A DNA stretch of 60,683 nucleotides, the filler included. It is 4 parts of 4 records of this genome, joined end to end, with 100 filler letters (N's around TTAATTAATTAA, not from the genome) between each part and the next. Parts side by side here need not be neighbours in the genome. Positions count along the whole stretch, not along the records: positions 34,650 to 60,683 come from SRR31156797_16428; 3 more parts are not named here. One strand, 5' to 3'. Below, in pieces: positions 39,061 to 48,632 of this stretch (its first letter is position 1; every line of letters begins with the position of its first letter). The position numbers and the translations under genes are program-made. The notes below the pieces were generated by a model. That model searched no databases and was not told the origin of the DNA. It saw only the letters and a list, made by a program, of their open reading frames with translations.

Positions 39061-40827
39061 ATGAAACAGGTCTTATTACTTATCATATTTATATGTGGAG
39101 TAGTATCTTTAAGTGCCCAAAGCAGCGTACTTAAAGAAATTAATACAACACTCTCTCCTAAAAAAGAAACTAAAATCACAACTGATTCGGTTGTGGTTGA
39201 TTCCATTGTTAAAAATAATTACCAAAAGTTAAATGATTCTTTGTTAGTGTCTTACACTGATTCATTAAATCAACAAGATAAGATTACATTATCAGAGATT
39301 GACCAATCAATTGATATTGACACTCAAAAATATATACAAAGAATAATGGGGTCAAGGAAGCCACTAACTCCAAATAAACGAACTTCAGAAATTGAGTGGT
39401 CTAAAGAGTTTAATATTTCAAATGATGTTAGGTATGCAAAGAAACATCTTTTAGATACTAGCTTTAAGGTATTTGGATGGCATCCATATTGGATGGGAAA
39501 TGCATACAAAAGTTATAACTATTCTTTACTTTCATATATTTCTTATTTCTCATATGAAGTAAATCCCCAGACGGGTTTTTACAATACTATTCATAATTGG
39601 CGTAAAACTTCTATGGTTGATTCTGCACAAAAGTATAATTGTAAAGTGCTTTTAACCCTTACAAATTTTGGCTCAATTGAGAATAGAACATTATTAAATT
39701 CCACTGATGCTCAAAAGAATCTAATATCAACGGCAATTACCCTTGTTAGAGAGCGAAAAGCTGATGGGCTAACGGTTGATTTTGAGAGTGTTCCGGGAGA
39801 TATGAGGGTGAAGTTCACGAATTTTATTATAGCTCTTTCAACTAGCATGAAAGAGGAAAATGAAAATTTTGTTTTAAGTGTCGCATTGCCCGCAGTTGAT
39901 TTTGAGAAAGTATACGATTTTACCCAGATTGATAAGTACGTAGATTTGTATGTTATTATGGGGTATGAGTATTATGGAATGAATAGTAAATATGCTGGCC
40001 CTGTCGCTCCTCTTTCTGATGGTAATAAATGGGGAAGCTTTACACTTGAGAATTCTGTAAAGCAATACAAAAGTTTGGAGGTTAATAATAAGAAAATCTT
40101 ACTGGCGCTTCCATATTATGGAGCTGAGTGGGTTACAAGAGATCTTCGCGTTCCTTCAAAAACAAAATCTTTTATAAAATACTATTCATATAGCCAGGCC
40201 AAATCATTAACCAGAAATAAAATTGGAGATCTTGATATTGGCAGTGATAGTAAGTTTTATGCATATAGTGATAGATCTTTAAATTACAGACAACTTTGGT
40301 TTGAGGATTCTGCTACATTATCCAAAAAGTACGATTGGATAAAAGAACAGGAGTTAGGAGGAGTTGGAATTTGGGCATTGGGATATGATAATGGAAATGA
40401 CGAATTATGGAAATTATTAGCGGATAAGTTTGCCTATACGGAGGATCAAGTGAAAGAGATTGAGCGCAGTAAAAATAGACTGTCGGCTAAAAAGTTAATG
40501 ATGTGGGTTAAAAGACTAATTAAAAATCCCAAATCTGTAATTACCAAACCTAAAGCATTTTTAAGATTGTTTGGCGCGCTAGCAGGGGTGAGCTTGATTG
40601 GATTATTTATCATTATTAGGTATAGTAACAAATTCAAAAGAATATTTAAGCTAGTTCTAAAAGGTGGTATAGCAGGAATTATAATTATGACCATTGCTTT
40701 GATATTTATCTTTCTTAAATATTTTGAAGTAAGAGAATTACTATTTCTGATTGGTGGTTTTATGATTGGACTAATATTATTTTTTGCGTTTACGAGAAGG
40801 TATATAAGTGAGAAAGACCTTCCATAA
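39061..40827 (+). CDS. GH18 glycoside hydrolase with signal peptide and three C-terminal TM helices
   Basis: VFGWHPYW, DGLTVDFE, IMGYEY, AGPVAPL, LALPYYG, LGGVGIWALGYD; hydrophobic C-terminus. Confidence 0.85.
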   Translation: MKQVLLLIIFICGVVSLSAQSSVLKEINTTLSPKKETKITTDSVVVDSIVKNNYQKLNDSLLVSYTDSLNQQDKITLSEIDQSIDIDTQKYIQRIMGSRKPLTPNKRTSEIEWSKEFNISNDVRYAKKHLLDTSFKVFGWHPYWMGNAYKSYNYSLLSYISYFSYEVNPQTGFYNTIHNWRKTSMVDSAQKYNCKVLLTLTNFGSIENRTLLNSTDAQKNLISTAITLVRERKADGLTVDFESVPGDMRVKFTNFIIALSTSMKEENENFVLSVALPAVDFEKVYDFTQIDKYVDLYVIMGYEYYGMNSKYAGPVAPLSDGNKWGSFTLENSVKQYKSLEVNNKKILLALPYYGAEWVTRDLRVPSKTKSFIKYYSYSQAKSLTRNKIGDLDIGSDSKFYAYSDRSLNYRQLWFEDSATLSKKYDWIKEQELGGVGIWALGYDNGNDELWKLLADKFAYTEDQVKEIERSKNRLSAKKLMMWVKRLIKNPKSVITKPKAFLRLFGALAGVSLIGLFIIIRYSNKFKRIFKLVLKGGIAGIIIMTIALIFIFLKYFEVRELLFLIGGFMIGLILFFAFTRRYISEKDLP

Positions 40828-40842
40828 TAGGGTTTTAGAGGC

Positions 40843-41385
40843 ATGATTAATAGTGTAGTATCATTAATAGTGGAAAAATTAAATGAAAATCTGAATAACA
40901 GATTTTCTCAAACTTCGGATATTGTTGTACCTGGTACGCTCAATGACCTTGAGAATGAGAATAACTCTGTGTATCAGGATAAATTAATTTTGACATTATC
41001 GAATATAGAGCATGAAAGATTAGCTTTCAGTCAAAATCCACGATCTTATAACACACCAATTAATTTATATTTGTACATCTTAATATCTGCTAATTTTCAA
41101 CAAAGTAATTATGTGCAAGGATTAGGTATGTTGTCCGCAGTAATTAGTTTTTTCCAATATTTTGCTAATTGGAATCATTCTAATGCGCCGGGACTGGAAA
41201 GCAATCTTGAAAAACTAACATTTGAATTAGTAAACTTGAATATACAGGAATTAAGTCAGCTTTGGGGAGTACATGGGGGAAAGTATTTACCCTCTGTACT
41301 TTATAAAGTCAGGACTATAAGGATTTCTGAGGATATAGATGAGCCAGGATCATTAATGGGTGGTTTTGGCGCTGGAGTTTCATAA
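40843..41385 (+). CDS. CIS cap/tail terminator (DUF4255, Afp16/Pvc16-like)
   Basis: LSAVISFFQ, LSQLWGVHGGKYLPSVLYKVR; position at the head of the CIS operon. Confidence 0.88.
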   Translation: MINSVVSLIVEKLNENLNNRFSQTSDIVVPGTLNDLENENNSVYQDKLILTLSNIEHERLAFSQNPRSYNTPINLYLYILISANFQQSNYVQGLGMLSAVISFFQYFANWNHSNAPGLESNLEKLTFELVNLNIQELSQLWGVHGGKYLPSVLYKVRTIRISEDIDEPGSLMGGFGAGVS

Positions 41386-41441
41386 TTGGGGACTCATTTG
41401 AATAGGGATTTTTTTAAACAAGTCATGAAATCAGTTTAATT

Positions 41442-42488
41442 ATGATTAATCTGAAATTTCAGTTTAAGCCATTTATTTCAATGGCAGTACAGCATGAATA
41501 TTACCCAAAGGGAGAAAATAATGAAATGTATTTTCTCCCTACCCCTCGTACTGCATCTAATTTGGAGAAAATGGCAATGATGATTCGTCCTCAGGATGGT
41601 GCCCTTAAAGTACTTTTTGATGTTTCAAAAATGGAACTTTTATATCAAAGGCTTTCTCAGGCCACTGACAATGACCTCAAGTTATCATTTCTTTTATTTT
41701 CGCGAAATCCTTATTTCCTCAACTTTACCGATATTCCGGTAGAAATTCAAAATAAGGTTTTCTATTTTTCCAATGCTCATTTGAAAGACAACTTCAAAGG
41801 CCAATTGCATGAAAATGATTTTGTAGATGCTACGCAATTAACCTCTGTTAATCCTTTAGTTCTAGCGGATAATGAGGAAGGCAAAAACAAATATTCTTAT
41901 GCTGTTGATAGGGGGACTGAGGCAAATATTAATAAAATTCAACATGGCCGCCAAATTGATACAACAAAATTGCTAGATGGTTATTATAGAATTTTTGCCA
42001 ATGATAAGGAGTTAACATCCTTCATAAACCTGGGGGCTAAAACCAAGCAATCACCAATTGGGTTTGTGGATATTTTCCTCTCAGGAAAGATGAAAGCTAA
42101 AATTATGAAGTCTATTGATAATGGCGAACTTCCTGACATGAACTATAAGTTAAATTTCAATGCCAGATCAATATATTGGCGTTATAATGTTGTTCCATTG
42201 CATACGAAACGAATAAAGAATCTCAAGGTAAATTGCAATAAGGGAAACCCAAAGATTTCATTCAAAGGTCTCGGAGAATTTGAATATAACGAAAATCGCA
42301 TGCATTCATTCATTTCAGAGAAACCTGTGAAGTTTAATAAGCAATATGATTACGAGATTCAATTAAAAAAACAGGAAGGTGAAAGTGGTGGAAAGGTTCT
42401 CATGAAGAAATTAGCTTTTGCTTCATTTGATATAATAAAACCAATGAATGAAACTGATTATATGTCAGAAATATACGTGTATATATAA
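41442..42488 (+). CDS. CIS-associated protein between cap and sheath (possible cap adaptor)
   Basis: VQHEYY, NPYFLNFTD, FNARSIYWRY, SEIYVYI; position typical of Bacteroidota CIS loci. Confidence 0.6.
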   Translation: MINLKFQFKPFISMAVQHEYYPKGENNEMYFLPTPRTASNLEKMAMMIRPQDGALKVLFDVSKMELLYQRLSQATDNDLKLSFLLFSRNPYFLNFTDIPVEIQNKVFYFSNAHLKDNFKGQLHENDFVDATQLTSVNPLVLADNEEGKNKYSYAVDRGTEANINKIQHGRQIDTTKLLDGYYRIFANDKELTSFINLGAKTKQSPIGFVDIFLSGKMKAKIMKSIDNGELPDMNYKLNFNARSIYWRYNVVPLHTKRIKNLKVNCNKGNPKISFKGLGEFEYNENRMHSFISEKPVKFNKQYDYEIQLKKQEGESGGKVLMKKLAFASFDIIKPMNETDYMSEIYVYI

Positions 42489-42526
42489 GGTAAAACAGTT
42501 TATATAAATTTTAATTTTAATTACTT

Positions 42527-44131
42527 ATGTCACAAACATTAGCTACACCAGGGGTTTATATTGAAGAAAGGAATGCATTTCCTAATTCAGTAGCTGCAAT
42601 CCCTACAGCAGTACCCGCATTTATAGGGTATACAGAAAAAGTAGTCCGTGATGGTGAATCACTAATAAACAAACCTGTTCGAATATCATCATTTGCAGAG
42701 TTTGTTTCCATTTTCGGAGAAGGATTTAAAACAGGATTTGAAATTACAGAAGTTGAAAGTATTGAAAAAGGCTTTGATTTTTCTGTAGATGACAAATTCT
42801 ATACAGTAAAACAAGAGAAGGAATCTCGTTTTATATTTTTTGATGGCATCCGCATGTTTTTTGAAAATGGTGGTTCAGCTTGCTATATAGTTTCTGCAGG
42901 TTCATATACAACTACTGTTTCTAAATCAGCACCAGGAAAACCAGCGTCAAAAGACCCTAAAACAGGTAAAGAAACTCCTGCAACAGCAGGGAAAACTGTT
43001 GAGGAAATAAAAATCAATGAGATTTCGAAAAAAGCACTATCAGATGGTATTACGGCACTTGTTGCTGAAGAAGAACCAACTATGTTGGCTATTCCTGAAG
43101 CAGTGATGCTTGACGAAGCTGATTGTTTTGCGTTACAGCAAGAAATGTTATTGCACTGTGGATTCAAGATGCAGAACAGATTTGCTTTGATTGATGTATA
43201 CAATGGATATCAGAAGCGAACTTATGATAAAAATGATGTTGTCACTAGATTCAGAGAAGGAATTGGATCAAATTTCTTAGCATTTAGTGCAGCTTATTAT
43301 CCATATGTGAATGCCGCTGTTGTTCAAAAAGAAGAGGTTGATGTGGCTAATATTGTTAACCCTGAATTACTAAATACTTTATTATCAAAAGAAGCTGATA
43401 AGCTTTATGATAATGCCAAAAAAGCTGATGAAGCTAAAAATGAAATCAAAAAGATATTAGATGAAAATGCTGATATTGCTTCATTAACACAAACTTTAAA
43501 TACCATTAGCCCTGCATTTAAGAAAATAATGAGTGCTGTATTAAGGAAGCTGAATATACTTCCTCCAAGTGCAGCTATGGCAGGTGCATTAAGTATGGTA
43601 GATAACTCACGCGGTGTATGGAAAGCTCCTGCTAACCTAAGTCTGGCGTCAGTTGTATCCCCGGTAGTGAATTTAACCAACGAAGACCAGGAAGATCTTA
43701 ACGTAACAGTATCAGGTAAATCAATAAATGCAATCCGTTCATTTGTAGGGCAGGGAACGCTTGTTTGGGGCGCTCGCACATTGGATGGCAACAGCCAGGA
43801 TTGGAAATACATTAACGTGCGTCGTACAATGATTTTCATTGAGCAATCTGTTAAGGCTGCAGCTAAAGCATACGTTTATGAGCCTAATACTGCTGGTACA
43901 TGGACCCTTGTAAGAAGTATGATTAGTTCTTTTTTAACTACAGTTTGGAAACAAGGTGGATTAGCTGGGCTAACTCCTTCCGATGCATTTAATGTTGAAG
44001 TTGGTTTAGGTTCAACGATGACACCAAATGATATTTTAGATGGAATAATGAACGTGACAGTGAAAGTTGCTGTAACACGACCAGCTGAATTTATCGTAAT
44101 TACTTTCCAGCAAAAAATGCAGGAATCATAA
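42527..44131 (+). CDS. CIS contractile sheath protein (Afp2/3/4-like)
   Basis: TPGVYIEE, TAVPAFIGYTE, FFENGG, RGVWKAPAN, VWGARTL, YINVRR, RPAEFI. Confidence 0.96.
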   Translation: MSQTLATPGVYIEERNAFPNSVAAIPTAVPAFIGYTEKVVRDGESLINKPVRISSFAEFVSIFGEGFKTGFEITEVESIEKGFDFSVDDKFYTVKQEKESRFIFFDGIRMFFENGGSACYIVSAGSYTTTVSKSAPGKPASKDPKTGKETPATAGKTVEEIKINEISKKALSDGITALVAEEEPTMLAIPEAVMLDEADCFALQQEMLLHCGFKMQNRFALIDVYNGYQKRTYDKNDVVTRFREGIGSNFLAFSAAYYPYVNAAVVQKEEVDVANIVNPELLNTLLSKEADKLYDNAKKADEAKNEIKKILDENADIASLTQTLNTISPAFKKIMSAVLRKLNILPPSAAMAGALSMVDNSRGVWKAPANLSLASVVSPVVNLTNEDQEDLNVTVSGKSINAIRSFVGQGTLVWGARTLDGNSQDWKYINVRRTMIFIEQSVKAAAKAYVYEPNTAGTWTLVRSMISSFLTTVWKQGGLAGLTPSDAFNVEVGLGSTMTPNDILDGIMNVTVKVAVTRPAEFIVITFQQKMQES

Positions 44132-44178
44132 TTGATTGAAACATTAACAAAATTGTAAAATATTAACACAGAATAATT

Positions 44179-44616
44179 ATGGCTGATGAATTATGGCCCA
44201 TACCAAAGTTTCATTTTAAAGTTGAATGGGCAGGAAACGATATAGGTTTTCAAGAAGTCTCCGGATTAGAAATGGAGACACAATTTATTGAATACAGAGC
44301 AGGAGATGATCCTACTTTTTTAACTCAAAAAATTCCAGGATTGAAAAAGCATGGTAACATTACCTTGAAAAAAGGTGTTTATGCCGGCGATTCTGCTTTC
44401 TGGGAGTGGTTTAGCGATGTGCAAACTAACCCGGATCGTCGTGAAGAGGTTATTATTCAATTATTGGATGAAGAAGAAAATCCTGTCGTTACATGGACTG
44501 TTACCAATGCATTTCCTGTAAAGGTTTCTGGTCCTGATTTAAAATCAGATGCTAACGAAATAGCTATTGAGTCTATTGAACTAGCGCATGAAGGATTTGA
44601 AGTTGAATATGCATAA
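44179..44616 (+). CDS. CIS inner tube protein (Afp1, T4 gp19-like)
   Basis: FQEVSGL, IEYRAG, NITLKKG, IAIESIELAHEG. Confidence 0.95.
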   Translation: MADELWPIPKFHFKVEWAGNDIGFQEVSGLEMETQFIEYRAGDDPTFLTQKIPGLKKHGNITLKKGVYAGDSAFWEWFSDVQTNPDRREEVIIQLLDEEENPVVTWTVTNAFPVKVSGPDLKSDANEIAIESIELAHEGFEVEYA

Positions 44617-44640
44617 TGACTTAATGTCATGAAACAGCTT

Positions 44641-44672
44641 TTATCCAGAGGACCGAAAGGTTCTCTGGATAA
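44641..44672 (+). promoter_or_regulatory. 14-bp stem with GAAA tetraloop between the tube genes
   Basis: TTATCCAGAGGACC-GAAA-GGTTCTCTGGATAA (one G-U pair), no U tract. Confidence 0.7.
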
Positions 44673-44690
44673 TTAAAAGGAGTTTTCCAT

Positions 44691-45182
44691 ATGTCAATTA
44701 GTTTTAATATAACCTCAGGAAATAGCAGTGATGCGCCAGAACCAGCTCTAGGTTTTAGGTATAGGGTTAGTATTTCGGGTATATATGATACTGCTGAGAT
44801 GGGGTTTAGTGAAATATCTGGATTAACTACAGAACTTGAAACTGAGCAAGTGTTTGCAGGGGGCGAAAATAATTTTGTATATAATCTACCTAAACAGGTT
44901 AAAAGCACACCACTTGTATTAAAGCGAGGTTTTTTTAATTCTAATTCCAGTATTGCACAATGGATCAATGATGTTTTATCAAATGGATTTCCAAGTAATG
45001 TCGATGCAAAGGACGTTGTAATACAATTGATAAATGAGCAGAATGATCCAATTATCACCTGGACACTCCGTAATGCCTATCCAACAAAATGGGAAGTAAG
45101 TGGATTCAATGCCATGGAAAATAAGATGGTAGTGGAATCAATTACTTTGAATTATTCAAGTTTCGAATTGGAATTTAATTAG
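44691..45182 (+). CDS. CIS second tube protein (Afp5-like)
   Basis: FSEISGL, GGENNFVYNLP, LVLKRG, NAYPTKW. Confidence 0.92.
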   Translation: MSISFNITSGNSSDAPEPALGFRYRVSISGIYDTAEMGFSEISGLTTELETEQVFAGGENNFVYNLPKQVKSTPLVLKRGFFNSNSSIAQWINDVLSNGFPSNVDAKDVVIQLINEQNDPIITWTLRNAYPTKWEVSGFNAMENKMVVESITLNYSSFELEFN

Positions 45183-45184
45183 TT

Positions 45185-45355
45185 ATGCCTGTTGAAATAA
45201 AAGAATTATTAGTTCGGTTCAATGTAACAGAAAACAGTCAGGGAGCTAAAAATGCGCCTGATAGCAATCAGATTAACCTACCAACCTACAAGAAAATTGT
45301 ACGCGATTGTACCGAGCAGGTTTTAAGAACATTAGAGCGTAAAAGTGAAAGGTAA
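45185..45355 (+). CDS. Small CIS protein (Afp6/DUF5908-like, 56 aa); not in the ORF track
   Basis: Hand translation MPVEIKELLVRFNV...IVRDCTEQVLRTLERKSER; fills the gap between tube2 and the LysM gene. Confidence 0.85.
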   Translation: MPVEIKELLVRFNVTENSQGAKNAPDSNQINLPTYKKIVRDCTEQVLRTLERKSER

Positions 45356-45369
45356 AACGTAAAGCAAGG

Positions 45370-46074
45370 ATGAATTACTTAACGATATTTGGTTATGATG
45401 CAGAAGGGGACGGTCCGGCAGAAAAGGCTTTTAATGAAAATGATCCTTTCAAAGCTCAACTAAATCCAAACGCTATAAAGCTTTCGCAGACAGTTACCTA
45501 TACGGCAAATCCTGGCGAGTCGACAGATTCTCAGATCATTACTCATCAAAAGTTTGGGGGTGTTCCTGCGCCGACATTGAATTTGGAGTTATTACTTGAC
45601 AGTACGGGGGCTATTCCATCAGAAGGTAACGATATGGCCGTAGCTGATAGAGTAAAGAAATTTCAGGAAACTTGCTTTTTCTATAGAGGTGAAAAGCACG
45701 AAACACCTTATGTGAAGCTTCTTTGGAATGGCAATTCATTATTTAAGTATAACGATCATGCTTATTTTGCACGAATCAAAAGTTTCGATGTAAACTATAC
45801 CCTATTTTCACCTGAGGGTGAGCCTTTGAGAGCAAAAATTACTGCTACTTTTCTTGGTACTATGGATACCAAAACGCAGGCAAAGATTATGGACAAGCAA
45901 TCGCCGGATTTAACCCATGTTGTAACGGTAAAAGCTGGAGATACTTTACCAATGCTTTGCGAAAGAATATATGGTTCAAGGCAAATGTTTCATGAGGTAG
46001 CCAGAGTAAATAATTTATTAAGTTTTAGATATATAAAACCGGGTACAGAACTGGTTTTTCCTCCGATTAAATAA
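45370..46074 (+). CDS. CIS tube initiator/hub with LysM domain (Afp7-like)
   Basis: LNPN, YTLFSPEGEPLRA, SPDLTHVVTVKAGDTLPMLCERIYG. Confidence 0.92.
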   Translation: MNYLTIFGYDAEGDGPAEKAFNENDPFKAQLNPNAIKLSQTVTYTANPGESTDSQIITHQKFGGVPAPTLNLELLLDSTGAIPSEGNDMAVADRVKKFQETCFFYRGEKHETPYVKLLWNGNSLFKYNDHAYFARIKSFDVNYTLFSPEGEPLRAKITATFLGTMDTKTQAKIMDKQSPDLTHVVTVKAGDTLPMLCERIYGSRQMFHEVARVNNLLSFRYIKPGTELVFPPIK

Positions 46075-46079
46075 CCATT

Positions 46080-47867
46080 ATGGCAGACAAACTTAAAGAT
46101 ATTGTAAAAAGTCCTATAACCTATACTATTTCATGCAATGGGTCTGAAATACCAGGTGAATATAGCGTAGAGTCTGTCATAGTCTTAAAAGAAGTAAACA
46201 AGGTTTCATCCGCATTTATTCAAGTGGCAGATGGAGGCTATTCAGACAGTAGTGAATTTTCAATAAGTGATTCCGGGAACTTTAATCCCGGCACTGAAAT
46301 AGAAATATCTGCCGGTTATGCTTCAGAAGAGGAGGTTATTTTTAAGGGTATTGTAATGAGGCATGGTTTGCGCATTGTGAGGGGTAGGTTTTCACTTGAT
46401 ATTGAATGTAAAGATGTGGCTGTAAAAGCTACGGTAGGTCGCAAAAATAAGATTTTTGAAGCCAAACTTGATAGTGATATTATATCGGAAGTGTTGGGAG
46501 AGTATTCTGATTTGGCCATCAACGTAGAGGCAACAAATTACGAACATCCGGAATTATTACAAAGCTATATATCCGATTGGGATTTTGTGATTCAAAGGGC
46601 TGATGTGAATGGAATGATTTTACTGAATTCAGATGGTGAAATTGAAATTAAAAAGCCAGAAGCAGGTTCTCCTGTACTTGATTTATCACCTGACGGAGAT
46701 TTGAAATCATTTGATGCATATATTGACGCAAGAAATGTGGTTAGTGCAGTAAAAGGAGTTTCCTGGGATATGGATAATCAGGAAATAATAGAAGCCAACT
46801 CAAATGCTCCTGCTTCAAATGATGTAGGAAATATTTCGTCAGATGATCTAGCCGGGGTAATTGGTTTAGAGGAGTTTTTATTGAGCACAACTGCAAATAC
46901 GCCAATGGAGGTTCTAACTGAATGGGCCTCAGCTCAACTTACCAAATCAGAATGGTCTAAGGTAAGGGGAAAAATTGCTATTCAGGGTTACAATAGAATA
47001 TTGCCCGGTGATACTATCAACCTTGAGGGCTTTAGTGAGCAGTTCAATGGTACAGTATTTATCTCATCTGTGGAGCATATTATTGAAGGAGGAGATTTTA
47101 CTACTGAGCTTGAATTAGGATTGTCTGCAAATTGGTATGCTGAAGAGAAACCTAACTTTTATGCACCCCCTGCATCAGGATTAATTCCACCTGTTAATGG
47201 ATTATATATAGGAGTTGTTGAGCAAATTCATGAGGATGAAAATGGTCAGTATCGTATAAAGGTTAAAATGCCAACTCTTCAATCAGAGACATTGACTTTA
47301 TGGGCAAGAATGACAACGCTTTATGCAACTGCAGAAGCCGGTATTTTCTTTTATCCGGAGGTTGGTGATGAAGTTATTGTGGGCTTTTTGAATCAGGATG
47401 CTCAAAGTCCGGTTGTTTTAGGATCTGTACATAATAAAATTAATGTTCCACCGGAAGAGCCGGCAGAAGAGAACTTTATCAAAAAGATTACGACAAAAGA
47501 GAAACTTCAAATCTCCTTTGATGAAGAAAATAAGGCTATTATAGTAGAAACTCCTGAGGGAAATATGATCACGATGAATGATACAGATGGCAATATTAGC
47601 ATTGCTGATATGAATGATAATTTAGTTGAGTTGTCCGCAGATGGAGTCAAGGTAGAAAGTGCCGGAGATATTATTTTGAGTGCTCAGGGCAATATCGAAC
47701 TTGCAGCTCAGGGTGATATAACCCTGGGTGCAACTGGTGATGTGGGCGTAGAGGGAATGAATATAGAAAATAAAGGAACTGCTGCTTTTAAAGCTGAAGG
47801 TGCCAATTGTGAAGTGAATGGTTCGGCACAAACAGTTATTAAAGGTGGTATGGTAATGATAAATTAA
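46080..47867 (+). CDS. CIS spike protein, VgrG/Afp8-like
   Basis: SDWDFVIQRADVNG, GLYIGVV, RIKVKMP, WARM, PEVGDEVIVGF, IKGGMVMIN. Confidence 0.93.
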   Translation: MADKLKDIVKSPITYTISCNGSEIPGEYSVESVIVLKEVNKVSSAFIQVADGGYSDSSEFSISDSGNFNPGTEIEISAGYASEEEVIFKGIVMRHGLRIVRGRFSLDIECKDVAVKATVGRKNKIFEAKLDSDIISEVLGEYSDLAINVEATNYEHPELLQSYISDWDFVIQRADVNGMILLNSDGEIEIKKPEAGSPVLDLSPDGDLKSFDAYIDARNVVSAVKGVSWDMDNQEIIEANSNAPASNDVGNISSDDLAGVIGLEEFLLSTTANTPMEVLTEWASAQLTKSEWSKVRGKIAIQGYNRILPGDTINLEGFSEQFNGTVFISSVEHIIEGGDFTTELELGLSANWYAEEKPNFYAPPASGLIPPVNGLYIGVVEQIHEDENGQYRIKVKMPTLQSETLTLWARMTTLYATAEAGIFFYPEVGDEVIVGFLNQDAQSPVVLGSVHNKINVPPEEPAEENFIKKITTKEKLQISFDEENKAIIVETPEGNMITMNDTDGNISIADMNDNLVELSADGVKVESAGDIILSAQGNIELAAQGDITLGATGDVGVEGMNIENKGTAAFKAEGANCEVNGSAQTVIKGGMVMIN

Positions 47868-47872
47868 AAAAA

Positions 47873-48172
47873 ATGAGTCTAGCAGCAAGAGTTGGTGATA
47901 TGCATACTTGTCCGATGGTTACTCCTGGAACACCACCAGTACCTCATGTTGGTGGAACGATAATGCCTCCAGGAGAACCGACAGTAATGATTGGGGGTGT
48001 CCCTGCTGCTAGAGTAGGAGATATGGCTACTTGTGTTGGTCCGCCTGATTCAATAGTTAAAGGTTCTGCAACAGTTTTGATTGGAGGAATGCCTGCTGCA
48101 AGAATGGGAGATTCCACAGCACATGGTGGCGCCATAGCATTAGGTTGTCCAACAGTAATGATTGGAGGTTAA
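47873..48172 (+). CDS. PAAR spike-tip protein
   Basis: LAARVGD, PAARVGD, PAARMGD repeats with His/Cys metal ligands. Confidence 0.96.
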   Translation: MSLAARVGDMHTCPMVTPGTPPVPHVGGTIMPPGEPTVMIGGVPAARVGDMATCVGPPDSIVKGSATVLIGGMPAARMGDSTAHGGAIALGCPTVMIGG

Positions 48173-48179
48173 AAGCAAA

Positions 48180-48611
48180 ATGATGGAACACAAAAAAACA
48201 TTTTTAGGTGTAGGATGGAAATTTCCACCAACATTTGATAGACAATCAAAGAGTGTAACACTTGTTTCTGAGGAGCAGGACATTAGAGAAAGCTTATTTA
48301 TACTATTATCCACAAGGCCTGGTGAGCGCACAATGCAACCTAATTATGGATGTGATTTAAGTGTACTCAATTTTGAATCTATTAATGAAGGGTTGGTTAA
48401 CAGGGCTAAAGAGATAATTCATAATGCAGTTTTGCACTATGAACCACGCATCTTTTTAGATAATGTAAATGTGTCCACTGCTAAAATGTATGATGGTATT
48501 CTGGAAATATCACTGGAGTATAGGATTCGAAAAACCAATAAGCGTAACAATATTGTATATCCATATTATCTACTTGAAGGGACGGATGTGACCAATATGC
48601 CAGGTCAATAA
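48180..48611 (+). CDS. GPW/gp25-like baseplate protein (Afp9)
   Basis: FLGVGWKFPP, LLSTRPGER, YGC, YEPRI, NIVYPYY. Confidence 0.93.
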   Translation: MMEHKKTFLGVGWKFPPTFDRQSKSVTLVSEEQDIRESLFILLSTRPGERTMQPNYGCDLSVLNFESINEGLVNRAKEIIHNAVLHYEPRIFLDNVNVSTAKMYDGILEISLEYRIRKTNKRNNIVYPYYLLEGTDVTNMPGQ

Positions 48612-48632
48612 ATATTTGATTGAAGAATAGTC

